64,000 bases of DNA from a phage. A program made the translations under genes and the position numbers. A model generated the notes under the pieces. That model had not been told where the DNA came from, did no database searches, and worked only from the letters and a program-made list of their open reading frames with translations. This document shows positions 1 through 10,245 of the stretch, piece by piece. Where the stretch lies: sequence record PX880103.1; one strand, 5' to 3'. The stretch's first letter is position 1, and every line of letters starts with the position of its first letter.

Positions 1-278
1 GCTTCATCACTTAAGCCTGATCCAATTAAATTCATAGCATATACAGCTGGCATGCACTCTGGAAATTGTGATAATGCATTTTCAACCATGAATTTTGAAT
101 AATCCTTTTGAGCAATAGAGCATTTAGTTTTATTATTGATAGCTCCAATTATTTCAAAAAATTCATTTTCAGCTTTTTCTTTAAAAGAATCAGCAGCGGA
201 TTGGACAGCTGTCCAATCTTTTGAATACCAAGCAACTTGATGCTCGTTTAATTGAATATCATCTTCAAATAAGCTCAT
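1..278 (-). CDS. 62: clamp loader small subunit gp62, N-terminal part (gene runs off window start)
   Basis: Reverse-strand translation from ATG at 278 gives [32 protein letters not shown]..., matching recalled T4 gp62 N-terminus; start lies 1 nt after gene 44 stop. Confidence 0.85.
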   Translation of the reverse strand, partial: MSLFEDDIQLNEHQVAWYSKDWTAVQSAADSFKEKAENEFFEIIGAINNKTKCSIAQKDYSKFMVENALSQFPECMPAVYAMNLIGSGLSDE

Positions 279-279
279 A

Positions 280-1239
280 TCACTTCCACTGCATTTCACA
301 TGCTAATTGAATGAAAAGATAAACTAAATGCAATTCAGTATTAGCTGCAATACCATGATACTGATTATTTTCGCCAACAATTTCGTACATACGAATAATA
401 CTCTGTGGAGTTACACGTGAATAGATTTCTTCGGCAAGTTTACCCACGAACCACGAATAATCAGCCGCATATTTTGGTGCTAAAGCTCTGAGTTGTTTAA
501 CATCTTTATTTTTGAGAGACTCAAGAACATCATCAATAGCACCACGATCGTTAGTAACCAGTGATAAAATACCAGCATCCAAAACACCTTTAGATGAATA
601 ACTATCGAGCTCGCCAATAGTTTTACGAAAATCAGGAAAATTCTTTTTAACCAAAGCTGCTACAACTTTCATATCAGCTATAGCAATTCCTTCATGCTTA
701 CAGATTTCAGTCAATCGACGAATCATCTGCTTCATCATTTCAATTTTATCTTCATCGGTCGGTTGACCGAATGTAATAACTCGACAGCGTGACTGAAGTG
801 GTTTAATAATACCATCAATATTGTTAGCAGTAATAATAATACTACAGTTTGAACTATAAGCTTCCATAAAGGAACGAAGATGTCGCTGAGACTCTGCTAA
901 CCCTGAGCGGTCAAATTCATCAATAACGATTACTTTTTGACGACCATCAAATGAAGCGGCGCTGGCAAAATTAGTCAAAGGACCACGAACGAAATCAATT
1001 TTACAATCTGATCCATTCACAAACATCATATCAGCATTTACATCATGACACAATGCTTTTGCTACAGTTGTTTTACCTGTTCCTGGAGAAGGAGAATGAA
1101 GAATAATATGTGGAATCTTACCTTTACTTGTAATAGATTTAAAGGTTTCTTTATCAAAGGCGGGAAGAATACATTCATCGATAGTAGATGGACGATATTT
1201 CTGTTCAAGAATGTGTTCTTTTTCATTTACGGTAATCAT
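280..1239 (-). CDS. 44: clamp loader ATPase subunit gp44 (AAA+)
   Basis: Walker A GTGKTT, Walker B VIVIDEF, SRC motif; 319 aa from internal ATG (MITVNEK...), ORF-track start is a TTG extension. Confidence 0.9.
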   Translation of the reverse strand: MITVNEKEHILEQKYRPSTIDECILPAFDKETFKSITSKGKIPHIILHSPSPGTGKTTVAKALCHDVNADMMFVNGSDCKIDFVRGPLTNFASAASFDGRQKVIVIDEFDRSGLAESQRHLRSFMEAYSSNCSIIITANNIDGIIKPLQSRCRVITFGQPTDEDKIEMMKQMIRRLTEICKHEGIAIADMKVVAALVKKNFPDFRKTIGELDSYSSKGVLDAGILSLVTNDRGAIDDVLESLKNKDVKQLRALAPKYAADYSWFVGKLAEEIYSRVTPQSIIRMYEIVGENNQYHGIAANTELHLVYLFIQLACEMQWK

Positions 1240-1271
1240 AATTTCCTCATTCAAGTTTTAGTGTAAATTAT

Positions 1272-1290
1272 AAAGGGCCGAAGCCCTTTA
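1272..1290 (-). terminator. stem-loop with UUCG tetraloop between 45 and 44 (terminator/attenuator or RNA-stability hairpin)
   Basis: AAAGGGC-CGAA-GCCCTTT inverted repeat; loop reads UUCG on the transcribed strand. Confidence 0.5.
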
Positions 1291-1977
1291 TTAAAAATCG
1301 TGGGTAGAATCAGCTTCAAGAGCTACTACATAATTCGCGTGTTCACCTTCAAATTTAGCAGCACCTTGTTTACCTTTTGCCCAGAGCAGAAGTTTATAAT
1401 TTCCTGGTTGCATTTTCATATTTGCCATATTGATAATGAAATTAAATGTATTTTCACCATCATAATCACCAAGAGTCAAAGAATATTTAACACGGGTCAG
1501 AGCAGAATCTTCTACTTTATTAAAACCGTTAATTACGATTTTACCTTCTTTTACCGTGATAGCAATTGTATCAATTTGCAGACCACGAGATACACGCAAC
1601 AGTTGTTGAAGGTCTTCAGCTTTAATTTCAGTAACAACAGATGCTACTGGGAATGGAATTGGTTTATTAGGAGCAACTACTGTACTCGGATCGGCTGCTG
1701 GCCAAAAAATTGTTGAGCGGGCATCAGCAATTTTAATATTTCCATCTTCTGACTGGGAAATTTCTGCATCATCATTAACTAGAGACAGAATACCGAGAAA
1801 ACCGTTCAAATCGTAAATTGCTACATCAAAATCAATAACGTCAGAAATATTTGCTTCCGCGTAAGTTGTACCATTAACTGCGCGAGTCATAATAAATTGA
1901 CCGGATTTAAGCATAATGCCAGAGTTAATAGTAGCGAAATTTTTAAGCAGAGCAGTAGTATCTTTAGACAGTTTCAT
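1291..1977 (-). CDS. 45: sliding clamp gp45
   Basis: 228 aa, MKLSKDTTALLKNFATINSG... matches recalled T4 gp45. Confidence 0.9.
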   Translation of the reverse strand: MKLSKDTTALLKNFATINSGIMLKSGQFIMTRAVNGTTYAEANISDVIDFDVAIYDLNGFLGILSLVNDDAEISQSEDGNIKIADARSTIFWPAADPSTVVAPNKPIPFPVASVVTEIKAEDLQQLLRVSRGLQIDTIAITVKEGKIVINGFNKVEDSALTRVKYSLTLGDYDGENTFNFIINMANMKMQPGNYKLLLWAKGKQGAAKFEGEHANYVVALEADSTHDF

Positions 1978-2032
1978 GTAATTTCCTTCAATTCAAATGA
2001 GATTTAATTTTATAACTAATTTAATAAAGCAA

Positions 2033-2422
2033 TTAACGATTAAAATCAGCCGCAATTGTTTCCGCAACAATTTGAGCAGCAACAATTAGACGTTCATCTG
2101 CATTACCGCAATAATCATCTTCAAGGCGTTCACCACATGAAGTCATAATAAATTTAGCACCGGCGTTTAGGGATTCTGCAGTATGTTTGCGCATTAGTTC
2201 AATCCATTTATTACTTACTTCACGATCGATAGCTTCATAATACGCATGACGAGCAGGTGCAGATTTAATTTTGTTCTGAATAACTTCCATCGCGTTATCA
2301 GAAAGAGACAAAACCCACGCTCGACGAATTTTATTTTGGTTTTGTGGATTTGATTCAGAACGCACGTGTTTTGGCTGAATATCTTTTACATCAACAGTAT
2401 AATTCACAGTAATTTTAGTCAT
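2033..2422 (-). CDS. rpbA: RNA polymerase binding protein RpbA
   Basis: 129 aa ORF at the T4 rpbA position between 45 and 46, same length as T4 RpbA. Confidence 0.7.
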   Translation of the reverse strand: MTKITVNYTVDVKDIQPKHVRSESNPQNQNKIRRAWVLSLSDNAMEVIQNKIKSAPARHAYYEAIDREVSNKWIELMRKHTAESLNAGAKFIMTSCGERLEDDYCGNADERLIVAAQIVAETIAADFNR

Positions 2423-2431
2423 AATACACCT

Positions 2432-2620
2432 TTAGTCATAATAATCAGTAACAGTCCAAGCTTCATTTCTATTGGACATTATTTTTGTATATTCTGCTTT
2501 AAATGCATTCCTAAGCATAGATTCAGTAACTATATGCTCTTCATTAGAAAAATTATTTCTCAGAATATATCGTTTTATTTCAGGAATAGTTAATAGATGC
2601 TGTCCAGTTGAATATTCCAT
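2432..2620 (-). CDS. hypothetical protein (45.2-like)
   Basis: 62 aa ORF, same strand, tight packing between rpbA and 46. Confidence 0.5.
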   Translation of the reverse strand: MEYSTGQHLLTIPEIKRYILRNNFSNEEHIVTESMLRNAFKAEYTKIMSNRNEAWTVTDYYD

Positions 2621-2675
2621 GTTTTTCCTCCATAGAGATTATACTCTAATAAATTAAAGCATAATCTCTTATAAA

Positions 2676-4358
2676 TTAAACCATTACAGTAAATCGACCA
2701 ACTTTCTTCATTTGAAGATGCTGACCGTATGCTTGCGGGTCATGGTCTCTATGCGAAATAACAAAAACGTTAGTATTTTTTAAACTATCTAAAATAGTTG
2801 AAATAGCTTTTACACCTTCAACGTCGGTCGCTGAATCAAAAACTTCGTCAAGAATTAGCGTGTTTATTTTAACACCTGAAACTTTTTCAGCAATATCACG
2901 CCAAGTAAATAAAAGAGCAATATCAATTCGTGCTTTTTCACCTTGACTGAATGAAGCATAACTAAAATCTTCACGACCACGGGATTTAATTGTCTCATTA
3001 AATTCTTCATCTAATGTAAACACATAATCCGCTTCCATTATTTTAAGATAATGGTTAATCTGCTTATTAAATAATGGAATGTACTTTTTAATAATAGCAC
3101 CTTTAATACCAGAATCTTTGAGCATATCAGTCAAAATTCCTCGGTGGTATTTTTCCATTACTAAATTAGTTTTTGTCTTAACAATTTTATCAAGTTCTTC
3201 TTGAAGCAGTGCTATTTCATCAGCATGGTCAATAAACTCAGAAGATGCTTTTTCTATAGCCGCTTTAACTTTTTTAGCTTTATCTACCGTCGTGATTAGA
3301 GATTGCTTTTTATTGCGAATATCATTTGCCAACGACTGTTGGGTTTTAATATTATCTCGGTATTCATCAACAAGAACTTTTAAATTATCACGGTGTGTTG
3401 AAAGCTGTTCAAACGAATACGTACATTCAGAAACTTTATCTTTAATTTTGGAAACAACTTTATCACCGGAACTCAATTGCGACAAACAGGTTGGACATAA
3501 TCCACCTTCGTGATACATATTAATGACTTTATTATACGAGTCAATTTTTGATTTAATTAAAACTGCTTCTTGACCGATTTTATTAAATGCATCAGTCGGG
3601 TCTTCATCTAAAACAATATTAACTAATCTTTCATTAGCTTCTTCTATTTCCGATTTTAGCGTTCTAGCTTCTTTTGCCAAATCATCATACATATTTTGCA
3701 GACGAGTAAGGTTGTCACCAGTTAATTTTTTCTGGCGTTCAACATTATCATTATATATTTTAATTTGTTGGATAATACTATCTTTTTTAACATCAAGCAC
3801 TTGGTTCTGTGAATTTAATTCACGTATTAGTGCTTTGTTAAGCTTATCCATTTCAGCTAATGTTCCTACCTCAAGCAGGTCTTCCACAAGCTTTCTTCGC
3901 ACAGGGGTCGACAAACCCATGAAAGGGGTATACCCTGCTGTACCAAGGACAACAATCTGCTTGAAACTGGCATATGACATTCCGATAAGCTGTTCAAATT
4001 CTGCTTGGAAATCTTTACTGCTGGCAGATTCATTAAGACGTGTACCGTTAACGGTGATTTCGAAAACGTTTGGTTTTTGTCCTCTTTTGATATAGTACTT
4101 TTTCTCATCATATTCCATCCACAGTTCAACTAAAAGTTCTTTCTTATTTGTGCTGTTTATTAATTGACCTTTCTTTACATCACGAAATGGCTTGCCAAAA
4201 AGCCCAAATGTGATGGCTTCTAACATAGTAGACTTACCACCGCCATTTCGTCCAGTAATAAGAGTTTTTTGAACCTTATCTAATTGAATGTCAACTCCAT
4301 TTTGACCAACTGACATTATATTTTTATATTTTACTCTATTAAGTTTAAATGATTTCAT
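2676..4358 (-). CDS. 46: recombination endonuclease subunit gp46 (Rad50/SbcC-like ATPase)
   Basis: 560 aa, Walker A GRNGGGKST near N-terminus, long coiled-coil middle, signature/Walker B near C-terminus (LILDEVFDS). Confidence 0.9.
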   Translation of the reverse strand: MKSFKLNRVKYKNIMSVGQNGVDIQLDKVQKTLITGRNGGGKSTMLEAITFGLFGKPFRDVKKGQLINSTNKKELLVELWMEYDEKKYYIKRGQKPNVFEITVNGTRLNESASSKDFQAEFEQLIGMSYASFKQIVVLGTAGYTPFMGLSTPVRRKLVEDLLEVGTLAEMDKLNKALIRELNSQNQVLDVKKDSIIQQIKIYNDNVERQKKLTGDNLTRLQNMYDDLAKEARTLKSEIEEANERLVNIVLDEDPTDAFNKIGQEAVLIKSKIDSYNKVINMYHEGGLCPTCLSQLSSGDKVVSKIKDKVSECTYSFEQLSTHRDNLKVLVDEYRDNIKTQQSLANDIRNKKQSLITTVDKAKKVKAAIEKASSEFIDHADEIALLQEELDKIVKTKTNLVMEKYHRGILTDMLKDSGIKGAIIKKYIPLFNKQINHYLKIMEADYVFTLDEEFNETIKSRGREDFSYASFSQGEKARIDIALLFTWRDIAEKVSGVKINTLILDEVFDSATDVEGVKAISTILDSLKNTNVFVISHRDHDPQAYGQHLQMKKVGRFTVMV

Positions 4359-4373
4359 TTTGTATCCAATTGT

Positions 4374-5228
4374 TCACAATGAAGAAAATTCTTTAACTAA
4401 AGCCTGTAATGAAGCCTCTATTGGATATCCATTCTTAACTAACATTTTTCTAAACATCACATGTTTAGGACGATTATATGATATCCACAATTCATACAAT
4501 TTATCTTTATTATCCCAATGATAGCCTTTTCGTCGAGACGCTATATGAGCTTTTCTAATCTCCGGATTTTTCCAACTAGCAGCTACTGAATTTGATATAG
4601 CTATTTTATATTCAGGTTTTGATAAAGCAGCACGAACAGCCTTTTGGTGTTTAATTTTATTTTCTTCGTTATTAAACCATTCCCTTGAAGCCATTGAAAT
4701 TTTTTGTTTTGTTTTAAAATTATTTAATCTTTCTTTGTTATCTTTCCTATTTTTTGCTACTGAAAAATATTTTAATGCCCTTTCTCTAGCAGCATTTCTA
4801 TTTTGTGGATTTGAATAATACTGTTGAAGCCTTTTTGATATTGTGTCACTTACATCCTGTCTTATAAAACTATATTCAGCAGCTATTAAATCAACTTCGG
4901 CTAAAGATAAATTTTTATATGTTTTTCCTGACATCATTCTATTTAAAGCATTTAGCATTTTTCCATTTTTACCTTTTGCTAATAAGAAATGTGCTTTGAA
5001 ATGATTAAAATGACTTAAATTAACTAAATTCCATGTAGATTTTAAATATTCAGGAAATATTGATTTAGGAAGCACGTGGTGTGCTTCCGTTTTACCTGGA
5101 GTTTTAACAGTTGAATTCATAGAAATAAAATTAATGTAAGACTTGGCGTCTTCTTCACTCAACGCTAATTTTTCAACTAATTCCTTTATTAAAAATTCAT
5201 CATTAATATCAAGTTTAAAATTCTTCAC
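4374..5228 (-). CDS. free-standing HNH homing endonuclease (mob-like)
   Basis: 284 aa; HNH motif EAHHVLPKS...NLVNL...NHFKAH; basic C-terminal region; GTG start at 5228 with AAGGAA SD; sits between 46 and 47. Confidence 0.7.
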   Translation of the reverse strand: MKNFKLDINDEFLIKELVEKLALSEEDAKSYINFISMNSTVKTPGKTEAHHVLPKSIFPEYLKSTWNLVNLSHFNHFKAHFLLAKGKNGKMLNALNRMMSGKTYKNLSLAEVDLIAAEYSFIRQDVSDTISKRLQQYYSNPQNRNAARERALKYFSVAKNRKDNKERLNNFKTKQKISMASREWFNNEENKIKHQKAVRAALSKPEYKIAISNSVAASWKNPEIRKAHIASRRKGYHWDNKDKLYELWISYNRPKHVMFRKMLVKNGYPIEASLQALVKEFSSL

Positions 5229-5440
5229 AAAAGATTCCTTTTAATGTATCTTTTAGACCATTCTATCATATCATCATAATCTAAAAAGTATTCATCAAAT
5301 TCAGCCATGCAAACAACGCCTTGTGCTGTTTTTGATGTAATATAAATTATTCCAACATATCTAGAATCTTCTTCGGTATAATCAATGTTTGCTATGAATT
5401 CATCATTAATGTCAAATGTCGAAAACTTCACAGTATGCAT
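5225..5440 (-). CDS. hypothetical protein (46.x-like)
   Basis: ORF with internal ATG at 5440 preceded by TAAGGA; N-terminus VKFSTFDINDEF resembles start of the HNH ORF. Confidence 0.4.
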   Translation of the reverse strand: MHTVKFSTFDINDEFIANIDYTEEDSRYVGIIYITSKTAQGVVCMAEFDEYFLDYDDMIEWSKRYIKRNLL

Positions 5441-5675
5441 CCTTAATACAAGATACAGCCATATCTCGCAATGATTTAGGTGTGTCATTATCTAAAATGT
5501 TGAAGTTAAAGGATACAGCCCAGTCAGTGCAGACCGTAACTTTTTTAATACAATTATCTTCAACTTCTAGTGGTTCAAACCAGTATTCAATAATTTCTTT
5601 ATGACCAATATCATCTTTTACTTCACATTCAAAATGCTGACTCATCATAACATTTTTAAATTCATCAAAAGTCAT
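5412..5675 (-). CDS. hypothetical protein (46.x-like)
   Basis: 87 aa ORF immediately downstream of gene 47, same strand. Confidence 0.4.
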   Translation of the reverse strand: MTFDEFKNVMMSQHFECEVKDDIGHKEIIEYWFEPLEVEDNCIKKVTVCTDWAVSFNFNILDNDTPKSLRDMAVSCIKDAYCEVFDI

Positions 5676-6691
5676 TGTGTTGCCTCTACATATAACTGAT
5701 TTGCATATTGAATAAGTGCTTCACGGTCAGAATCAGTGATGTCTGGAATTGCATTAATGTATTCTTCCATCAATGTCTGAAGCGATTGAACTTCAACTTC
5801 TTCACTGTCATCTGACTCGACAGAGTTATCAATCTTTGACACAACTCGTAATGAATGCACAACTTTCTCTAGTTCAGATTCGAACTTCGTCAGATTTTTG
5901 TCTACTTCAGTTACTATAACACGTACTGATAGATTTGTAAAATCTTTATAGTCAATTTTTCCTTTAAATGGATAATGAATTCTACGATGCCAAGTAGTAT
6001 TGTTTGGAATAAATTCCATTCGTTCTGTTTCTGTATCAAACATCCAGAACCCGCGGGGGTCATTCTCGTCACCTGCAGTTAGTGTCCATGGTGTCCCAAT
6101 ATATCTGACGTTAGCAGCCTCAGAGATAGTATGGAAGTGACCAGACCACACTTCTTTGTAAGTCTTAAGGAAATCAGGTTCAAGACCGTGAGATTTCATT
6201 CCTTTATAAAAATAAAATCCATTCAGTTCCCAGTGACCGACACAATAAGAAGCAGATGAAGTTTTGATATGCTCAAGAATTTCACCAGTATTTTCTTCGC
6301 ACATCCAAGGAATCAAATCAATCAAACATCCGTCAAAATCTACTGTAGTAGGCTTATCATATACTTTAACATTAGGATATTTAGCCAAAAGCTCAGTAGA
6401 GGCATTTGGAGTTAAAGTATTTTTAAAGTGCATATCATGGTTTCCTACAACAGTATGTAGGGTAATACCAGCATCATCAAGCATTTGAACTATTTCACGG
6501 GCGAACTCCATAGTTTTATGCGTGATTGCTTTTCGCACATCAAAAATATCGCCGTATTGAATCCAGGTAGTAATTCCATTTTTCTTAGAATATTCTATCG
6601 CTTGCTTAATTCCATCCAACTGAATGGATTGAACCCACTCGTCATCGGCTTTAACGCCTAAATGCCAATCACCTAAATTTAAAATTTTCAT
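5672..6691 (-). CDS. 47: recombination endonuclease subunit gp47 (Mre11/SbcD-like phosphoesterase)
   Basis: 339 aa, MKILNLGDWHLG, metallophosphoesterase motifs GDIFD, GNHD, GHWE. Confidence 0.9.
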   Translation of the reverse strand: MKILNLGDWHLGVKADDEWVQSIQLDGIKQAIEYSKKNGITTWIQYGDIFDVRKAITHKTMEFAREIVQMLDDAGITLHTVVGNHDMHFKNTLTPNASTELLAKYPNVKVYDKPTTVDFDGCLIDLIPWMCEENTGEILEHIKTSSASYCVGHWELNGFYFYKGMKSHGLEPDFLKTYKEVWSGHFHTISEAANVRYIGTPWTLTAGDENDPRGFWMFDTETERMEFIPNNTTWHRRIHYPFKGKIDYKDFTNLSVRVIVTEVDKNLTKFESELEKVVHSLRVVSKIDNSVESDDSEEVEVQSLQTLMEEYINAIPDITDSDREALIQYANQLYVEATQ

Positions 6692-6851
6692 ATATCAAGA
6701 ACCGTCATTGAAATGCAAAATAAAATTATTGAAATAAATCCATCTGGAGTGCTAAAGAACCCAATCCAACATGCTCTAGTGAATAGATAAAATGCAAGAA
6801 AAAGTATCACATATCCAAGAAATATCATTATATCAAACTCTGTATAAAGCT

Positions 6852-6870
6852 AAAGGGCCGAAGCCCTTTA
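6852..6870 (-). terminator. stem-loop with UUCG tetraloop after a-gt
   Basis: Identical AAAGGGCCGAAGCCCTTTA element overlapping a-gt stop, A/T run follows. Confidence 0.5.
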
Positions 6871-8070
6871 TTTTGTAATAATGTCAAACTGTTCTTTAAA
6901 GCAGAAGCTTGAATCTTGATGCTGATACAAAAATTCATATGCTTTTTCTCGCTCACGGTCATAAAGAGCTCGGTCAGATGACAGTTCTTTAATACGTTCA
7001 AATGTTGATTCCATATCATTTTCATCAAACCAAATGATACCGCTATCATGCGAGGTCAAAGGAGTATTATCAACACGGAATTTTAAATTTTCGCCAGTAG
7101 ATTTCCAAAATACTGGAATTGTTCCACATGCACCAAGCTCGAGGTGAGTATATTCTAAAGAACGTTGTAGATATTTTTTATCCAACTTACTCAACTGATA
7201 ACCAAATCCGGATTTACTCATGCGTTCAAGCATTTCGCTATTTACATAGCGATCGAGAATTTGCGTTGGCAAATTAGGAGCAATTTTAATTTGGTCTACT
7301 TGATGAAGACGATAATACTCGTATGGAATTCCTTTTTCTTTAATAGGAATGAACGCTGGAGAACGTTCCAGACCTTCCATAATAGTACTTAGTCCTGCAG
7401 GTTTAAGATGTTTTTCGTGAAAATCAAACATCTGATAAAAACCTTTCCATGTAGTCGTACGACCAATCCAACGGTTGACATTCATGTTAATTTCAGAAAC
7501 ATCTTTCCAGTAGGTTGACCGAACCTTCGCAATATCCATAGGAGGCTGAAAGTTATATACTGTCGGCGCTTCTTCAATATCATCAAACAAAGAAACTGTT
7601 TCAGGATACCATTCTTTCATCAGAACTTTATTAAAATCACCATTATCAGAATGGCTAAAAATAACATCAGCTCGACGAACAGTTTCTTCTAATCCCAAAT
7701 TTCGGCGCAAAGAAAGAGAAGAATGGTCATGCTGATAAACTACAACACGAACAGAAGGTTTAATGTTATCAATAATTTTTTTATAGTTATTAATAGTGTC
7801 TTCTTCAACTGAAGTAGCAGGAACTGAATTGATAATTAGAATATCACAATCATTTACCAGCTTAAGTGTTTTATCGTATTCTTTTGCCAATAAAACCGGA
7901 ATTGAAAATGATTTATAATCATGCGCACAGTTACGAGTAAATGATTTATCTTTGGCATAAACCAAAGTTACTTCATGACCATTTTTAATAAACCAATCAC
8001 GTTGCTCAAGAGAAAATTTAGTTACACCACAACCTTCAAGACCTCGAGCCATAAAAATACATACTTTCAT
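6868..8070 (-). CDS. a-gt: DNA alpha-glucosyltransferase
   Basis: 400 aa, ...FMARGLEGCGVTKFSLEQRDWFIKNGHEVTLVYAKDKSF... matches recalled T4 alpha-gt. Confidence 0.9.
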   Translation of the reverse strand: MKVCIFMARGLEGCGVTKFSLEQRDWFIKNGHEVTLVYAKDKSFTRNCAHDYKSFSIPVLLAKEYDKTLKLVNDCDILIINSVPATSVEEDTINNYKKIIDNIKPSVRVVVYQHDHSSLSLRRNLGLEETVRRADVIFSHSDNGDFNKVLMKEWYPETVSLFDDIEEAPTVYNFQPPMDIAKVRSTYWKDVSEINMNVNRWIGRTTTWKGFYQMFDFHEKHLKPAGLSTIMEGLERSPAFIPIKEKGIPYEYYRLHQVDQIKIAPNLPTQILDRYVNSEMLERMSKSGFGYQLSKLDKKYLQRSLEYTHLELGACGTIPVFWKSTGENLKFRVDNTPLTSHDSGIIWFDENDMESTFERIKELSSDRALYDREREKAYEFLYQHQDSSFCFKEQFDIITK

Positions 8071-8120
8071 TTAATATCCTCATTGTTTTGGTTTATTTTA
8101 CCAAAAATTTATAAAGCAAT

Positions 8121-8140
8121 ATAGGAGCCGAAGCTCCTAT
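8121..8140 (-). terminator. stem-loop with UUCG tetraloop
   Basis: ATAGGAGC-CGAA-GCTCCTAT, 8-bp stem. Confidence 0.45.
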
Positions 8141-8310
8141 CCGCATAATACGCCATACAAAGGCTCATTAGAGCTTCTAAATTTTATGCGCTTATATGTT
8201 ATAGTTCCTTCTGCTTTAGCTTTATCATGAGACTCTTTAAAGCGTCTCATCATTTCCTCTTTAGAGGAACGAATTTTATTATAATCTATTTCAGAAGTCT
8301 GGGTGTTCAT
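8137..8310 (-). CDS. small hypothetical protein
   Basis: 57 aa ATG ORF (MNTQTSEIDYNK...) below ORF-track cutoff; ends in hairpin 8121-8140. Confidence 0.3.
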   Translation of the reverse strand: MNTQTSEIDYNKIRSSKEEMMRRFKESHDKAKAEGTITYKRIKFRSSNEPLYGVLCG

Positions 8311-8313
8311 CTT

Positions 8314-8520
8314 TCATAACTGCCACCATTTTTTAACTTGATAAGAATCAACCCACACTTTCATATTAGGGTCTGCTCTTACAATAGGAGGATTAACTTC
8401 TTTAATTGAACTATCATGGTATTCTTTTTCAGAAATTTTCACACAAAGATGACCATTCAAAGATTCAGTAAATCCTGCATTAATTTTAAGACGCTTGAAT
8501 TTTACGTGTGTAAGCATCAA
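8314..8520 (-). CDS. hypothetical protein
   Basis: 68 aa ORF, same-strand packing. Confidence 0.35.
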   Translation of the reverse strand: MMLTHVKFKRLKINAGFTESLNGHLCVKISEKEYHDSSIKEVNPPIVRADPNMKVWVDSYQVKKWWQL

Positions 8521-8803
8521 TCATATCCTCAATCTGCGATCTAGTAGTCTTCCAAAGAATACTGATGAGTTCATCGTTATATGGCTGTTTTAGAATATCC
8601 CGACTTTTCTTGATAGCATATTCGTATTGAGCAAAATTATTGTTTTCAGCTGCAATCTGAGCGTGCTTATAAAGACGGTTCAGTTCGCGTTTGTTTTTAG
8701 ATAATAACTTATTTGCTTTTCTTTCTGCTTCAAGACGGTTCTTTTCTTCAATAGAAGAAATAAGCTTTTCCACTTCATCATTAATTTCGGGTTTATCAGT
8801 CAT
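8486..8803 (-). CDS. hypothetical protein
   Basis: 105 aa ORF, coiled-coil-like, same-strand packing. Confidence 0.4.
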   Translation of the reverse strand: MTDKPEINDEVEKLISSIEEKNRLEAERKANKLLSKNKRELNRLYKHAQIAAENNNFAQYEYAIKKSRDILKQPYNDELISILWKTTRSQIEDMIDAYTRKIQAS

Positions 8804-8804
8804 A

Positions 8805-9023
8805 TTATTTCTCTAATATAAAATAAAAATCATCATCTGTTAAATGATACCGATAGTTTAATTCTACACCATTAGATTTAAAAGCGGTATCATACGGATT
8901 TTCTGGATCAATATCAATGTCAAGAGCTAAAACTTCCCTGAGATACATTTTAAGTAAATAGGGAATAGCTTCAACTTCAGGTATTTCTTCCAAGAATCCG
9001 GAGAGGTTAATCGTTAGCCTCAT
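8805..9023 (-). CDS. hypothetical protein
   Basis: 72 aa ORF directly downstream of gene 55. Confidence 0.4.
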
Positions 9024-9564
9024 ATAAAAAATCCAAACTAGGAGAATCGTCTACAACACTTTTCTTTTCAGCCCCCGGTGTTCTATAGGTTGATTCTTCG
9101 TAATGCGTCATTTTATCGTAGATGTCTTGAATAAAAGTTTCATCTACTAACGCAACCATATCGTCGTCACGGCTGTCATAGACATTGTGAACGAAGTAAC
9201 TATATTTCTTTGCAACTTCCTTACGTTCTTTTTTAATACGTTGGACGAATGCATTAAAACAAGCTTGAGTTATATACGCATGTGGGTTTTTATATTTCGT
9301 TTCATCAAAATTGTGAAGCCCCTTAATAGAAGCTTCTATACCATCTGCAATCATTTCTTGTTTCCAAGACTGGGTGTATCCTGAAAAGTTGAAACGTTTA
9401 GATAAGCCTTCTGCAATAAGCATAATGGCTAATCCGATAGTATCATTCTGACGAACTACTTTATTTGGGTCTTTATTATTTGCTAATTCTGTTTTCCAAT
9501 CAATAATAGCTTGTAAAAGCTCTTTATTGTTTACGTAATTATATTTAGGCTTAGTTTCTGACAT
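9007..9564 (-). CDS. 55: late promoter sigma factor gp55
   Basis: 185 aa from ATG at 9564 ([24 protein letters not shown]...), matches recalled T4 gp55; GAGGTGA SD upstream. Confidence 0.85.
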
Positions 9565-9646
9565 TTTCACCTCTTAGCTCAATTCATAGATCTATTATAT
9601 CATAATATTTGAAGATCTATCTTAAAGCACAGAGGATGAATCAATT

Positions 9647-9862
9647 TCAAGCATTCATCAGCTTAGCTGCTCCAAGAGCTGCATCTAGTGAATCAAATTG
9701 GTCAACATATTCAATCAATTCGCCGTAATTAGCATATAACCACCATTGGCTAAATTCATACTCAAGGATGAATCCGTTTCCTTCAATTTGAGTTAAACCA
9801 ATGCCATTTGTATTTACTTCATATCCAGCAAGACGTAAATCGTTAATAAGAGCTTCGTTCAT
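9647..9862 (-). CDS. hypothetical protein
   Basis: 71 aa ORF. Confidence 0.35.
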   Translation of the reverse strand: MNEALINDLRLAGYEVNTNGIGLTQIEGNGFILEYEFSQWWLYANYGELIEYVDQFDSLDAALGAAKLMNA

Positions 9863-9864
9863 AA

Positions 9865-10191
9865 TTATACCTTAGTAATTTTCAGGTCTGCAAATTTTTT
9901 CTTGCGTTGATTTTTCATGCGACGAATAGTTTTATCGGAAATTTCATGCTTTTGATAAGCTTTAGATTCTACACCAAAAGCTTTAACATCAAATTCTGAC
10001 AAGATATATTGAACCAGCAATTCACGGACAGTATTGCGTCCAATCTTCTGATCATTCTGTTTCATCATCTGATGAAGCTCTTTTTCCCATTTATCCAAAA
10101 TTTGAGGAGTTACAATATCGCCTTTTTCTAACAAAGAAACTACTTTATCATATGCGTAAGAATTGATGGCGTTTTTAATTTGAATAGTCAT
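9865..10191 (-). CDS. hypothetical protein
   Basis: 108 aa ORF. Confidence 0.4.
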   Translation of the reverse strand: MTIQIKNAINSYAYDKVVSLLEKGDIVTPQILDKWEKELHQMMKQNDQKIGRNTVRELLVQYILSEFDVKAFGVESKAYQKHEISDKTIRRMKNQRKKKFADLKITKV

Positions 10192-10229
10192 ACATTATCC
10201 TCAATTACGTTAAAATTTTATTATCCAAA

Positions 10230-10245
10230 AAGGGCCGAAGCCCTT
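10230..10245 (-). terminator. stem-loop with UUCG tetraloop
   Basis: AAGGGC-CGAA-GCCCTT after ORF 10244-10444. Confidence 0.45.

Noticed and set aside
1045-1716. Plus-strand ORFs 1045-1266 and 1300-1716 inside genes 44 and 45
   Set aside because: Antisense to strongly supported genes; low-complexity, Phe/Cys-rich translations typical of AT-rich antisense frames.
3292-4129. ORFs 3292-3513 (+), 3712-4095 (+) and 3866-4129 (-) within gene 46
   Set aside because: Overlap the gp46 reading frame entirely; no motifs; treated as spurious.
6828-7049. 73-aa ORF overlapping the 3' end of a-gt in another frame
   Set aside because: Fully nested in the alpha-glucosyltransferase coding region.
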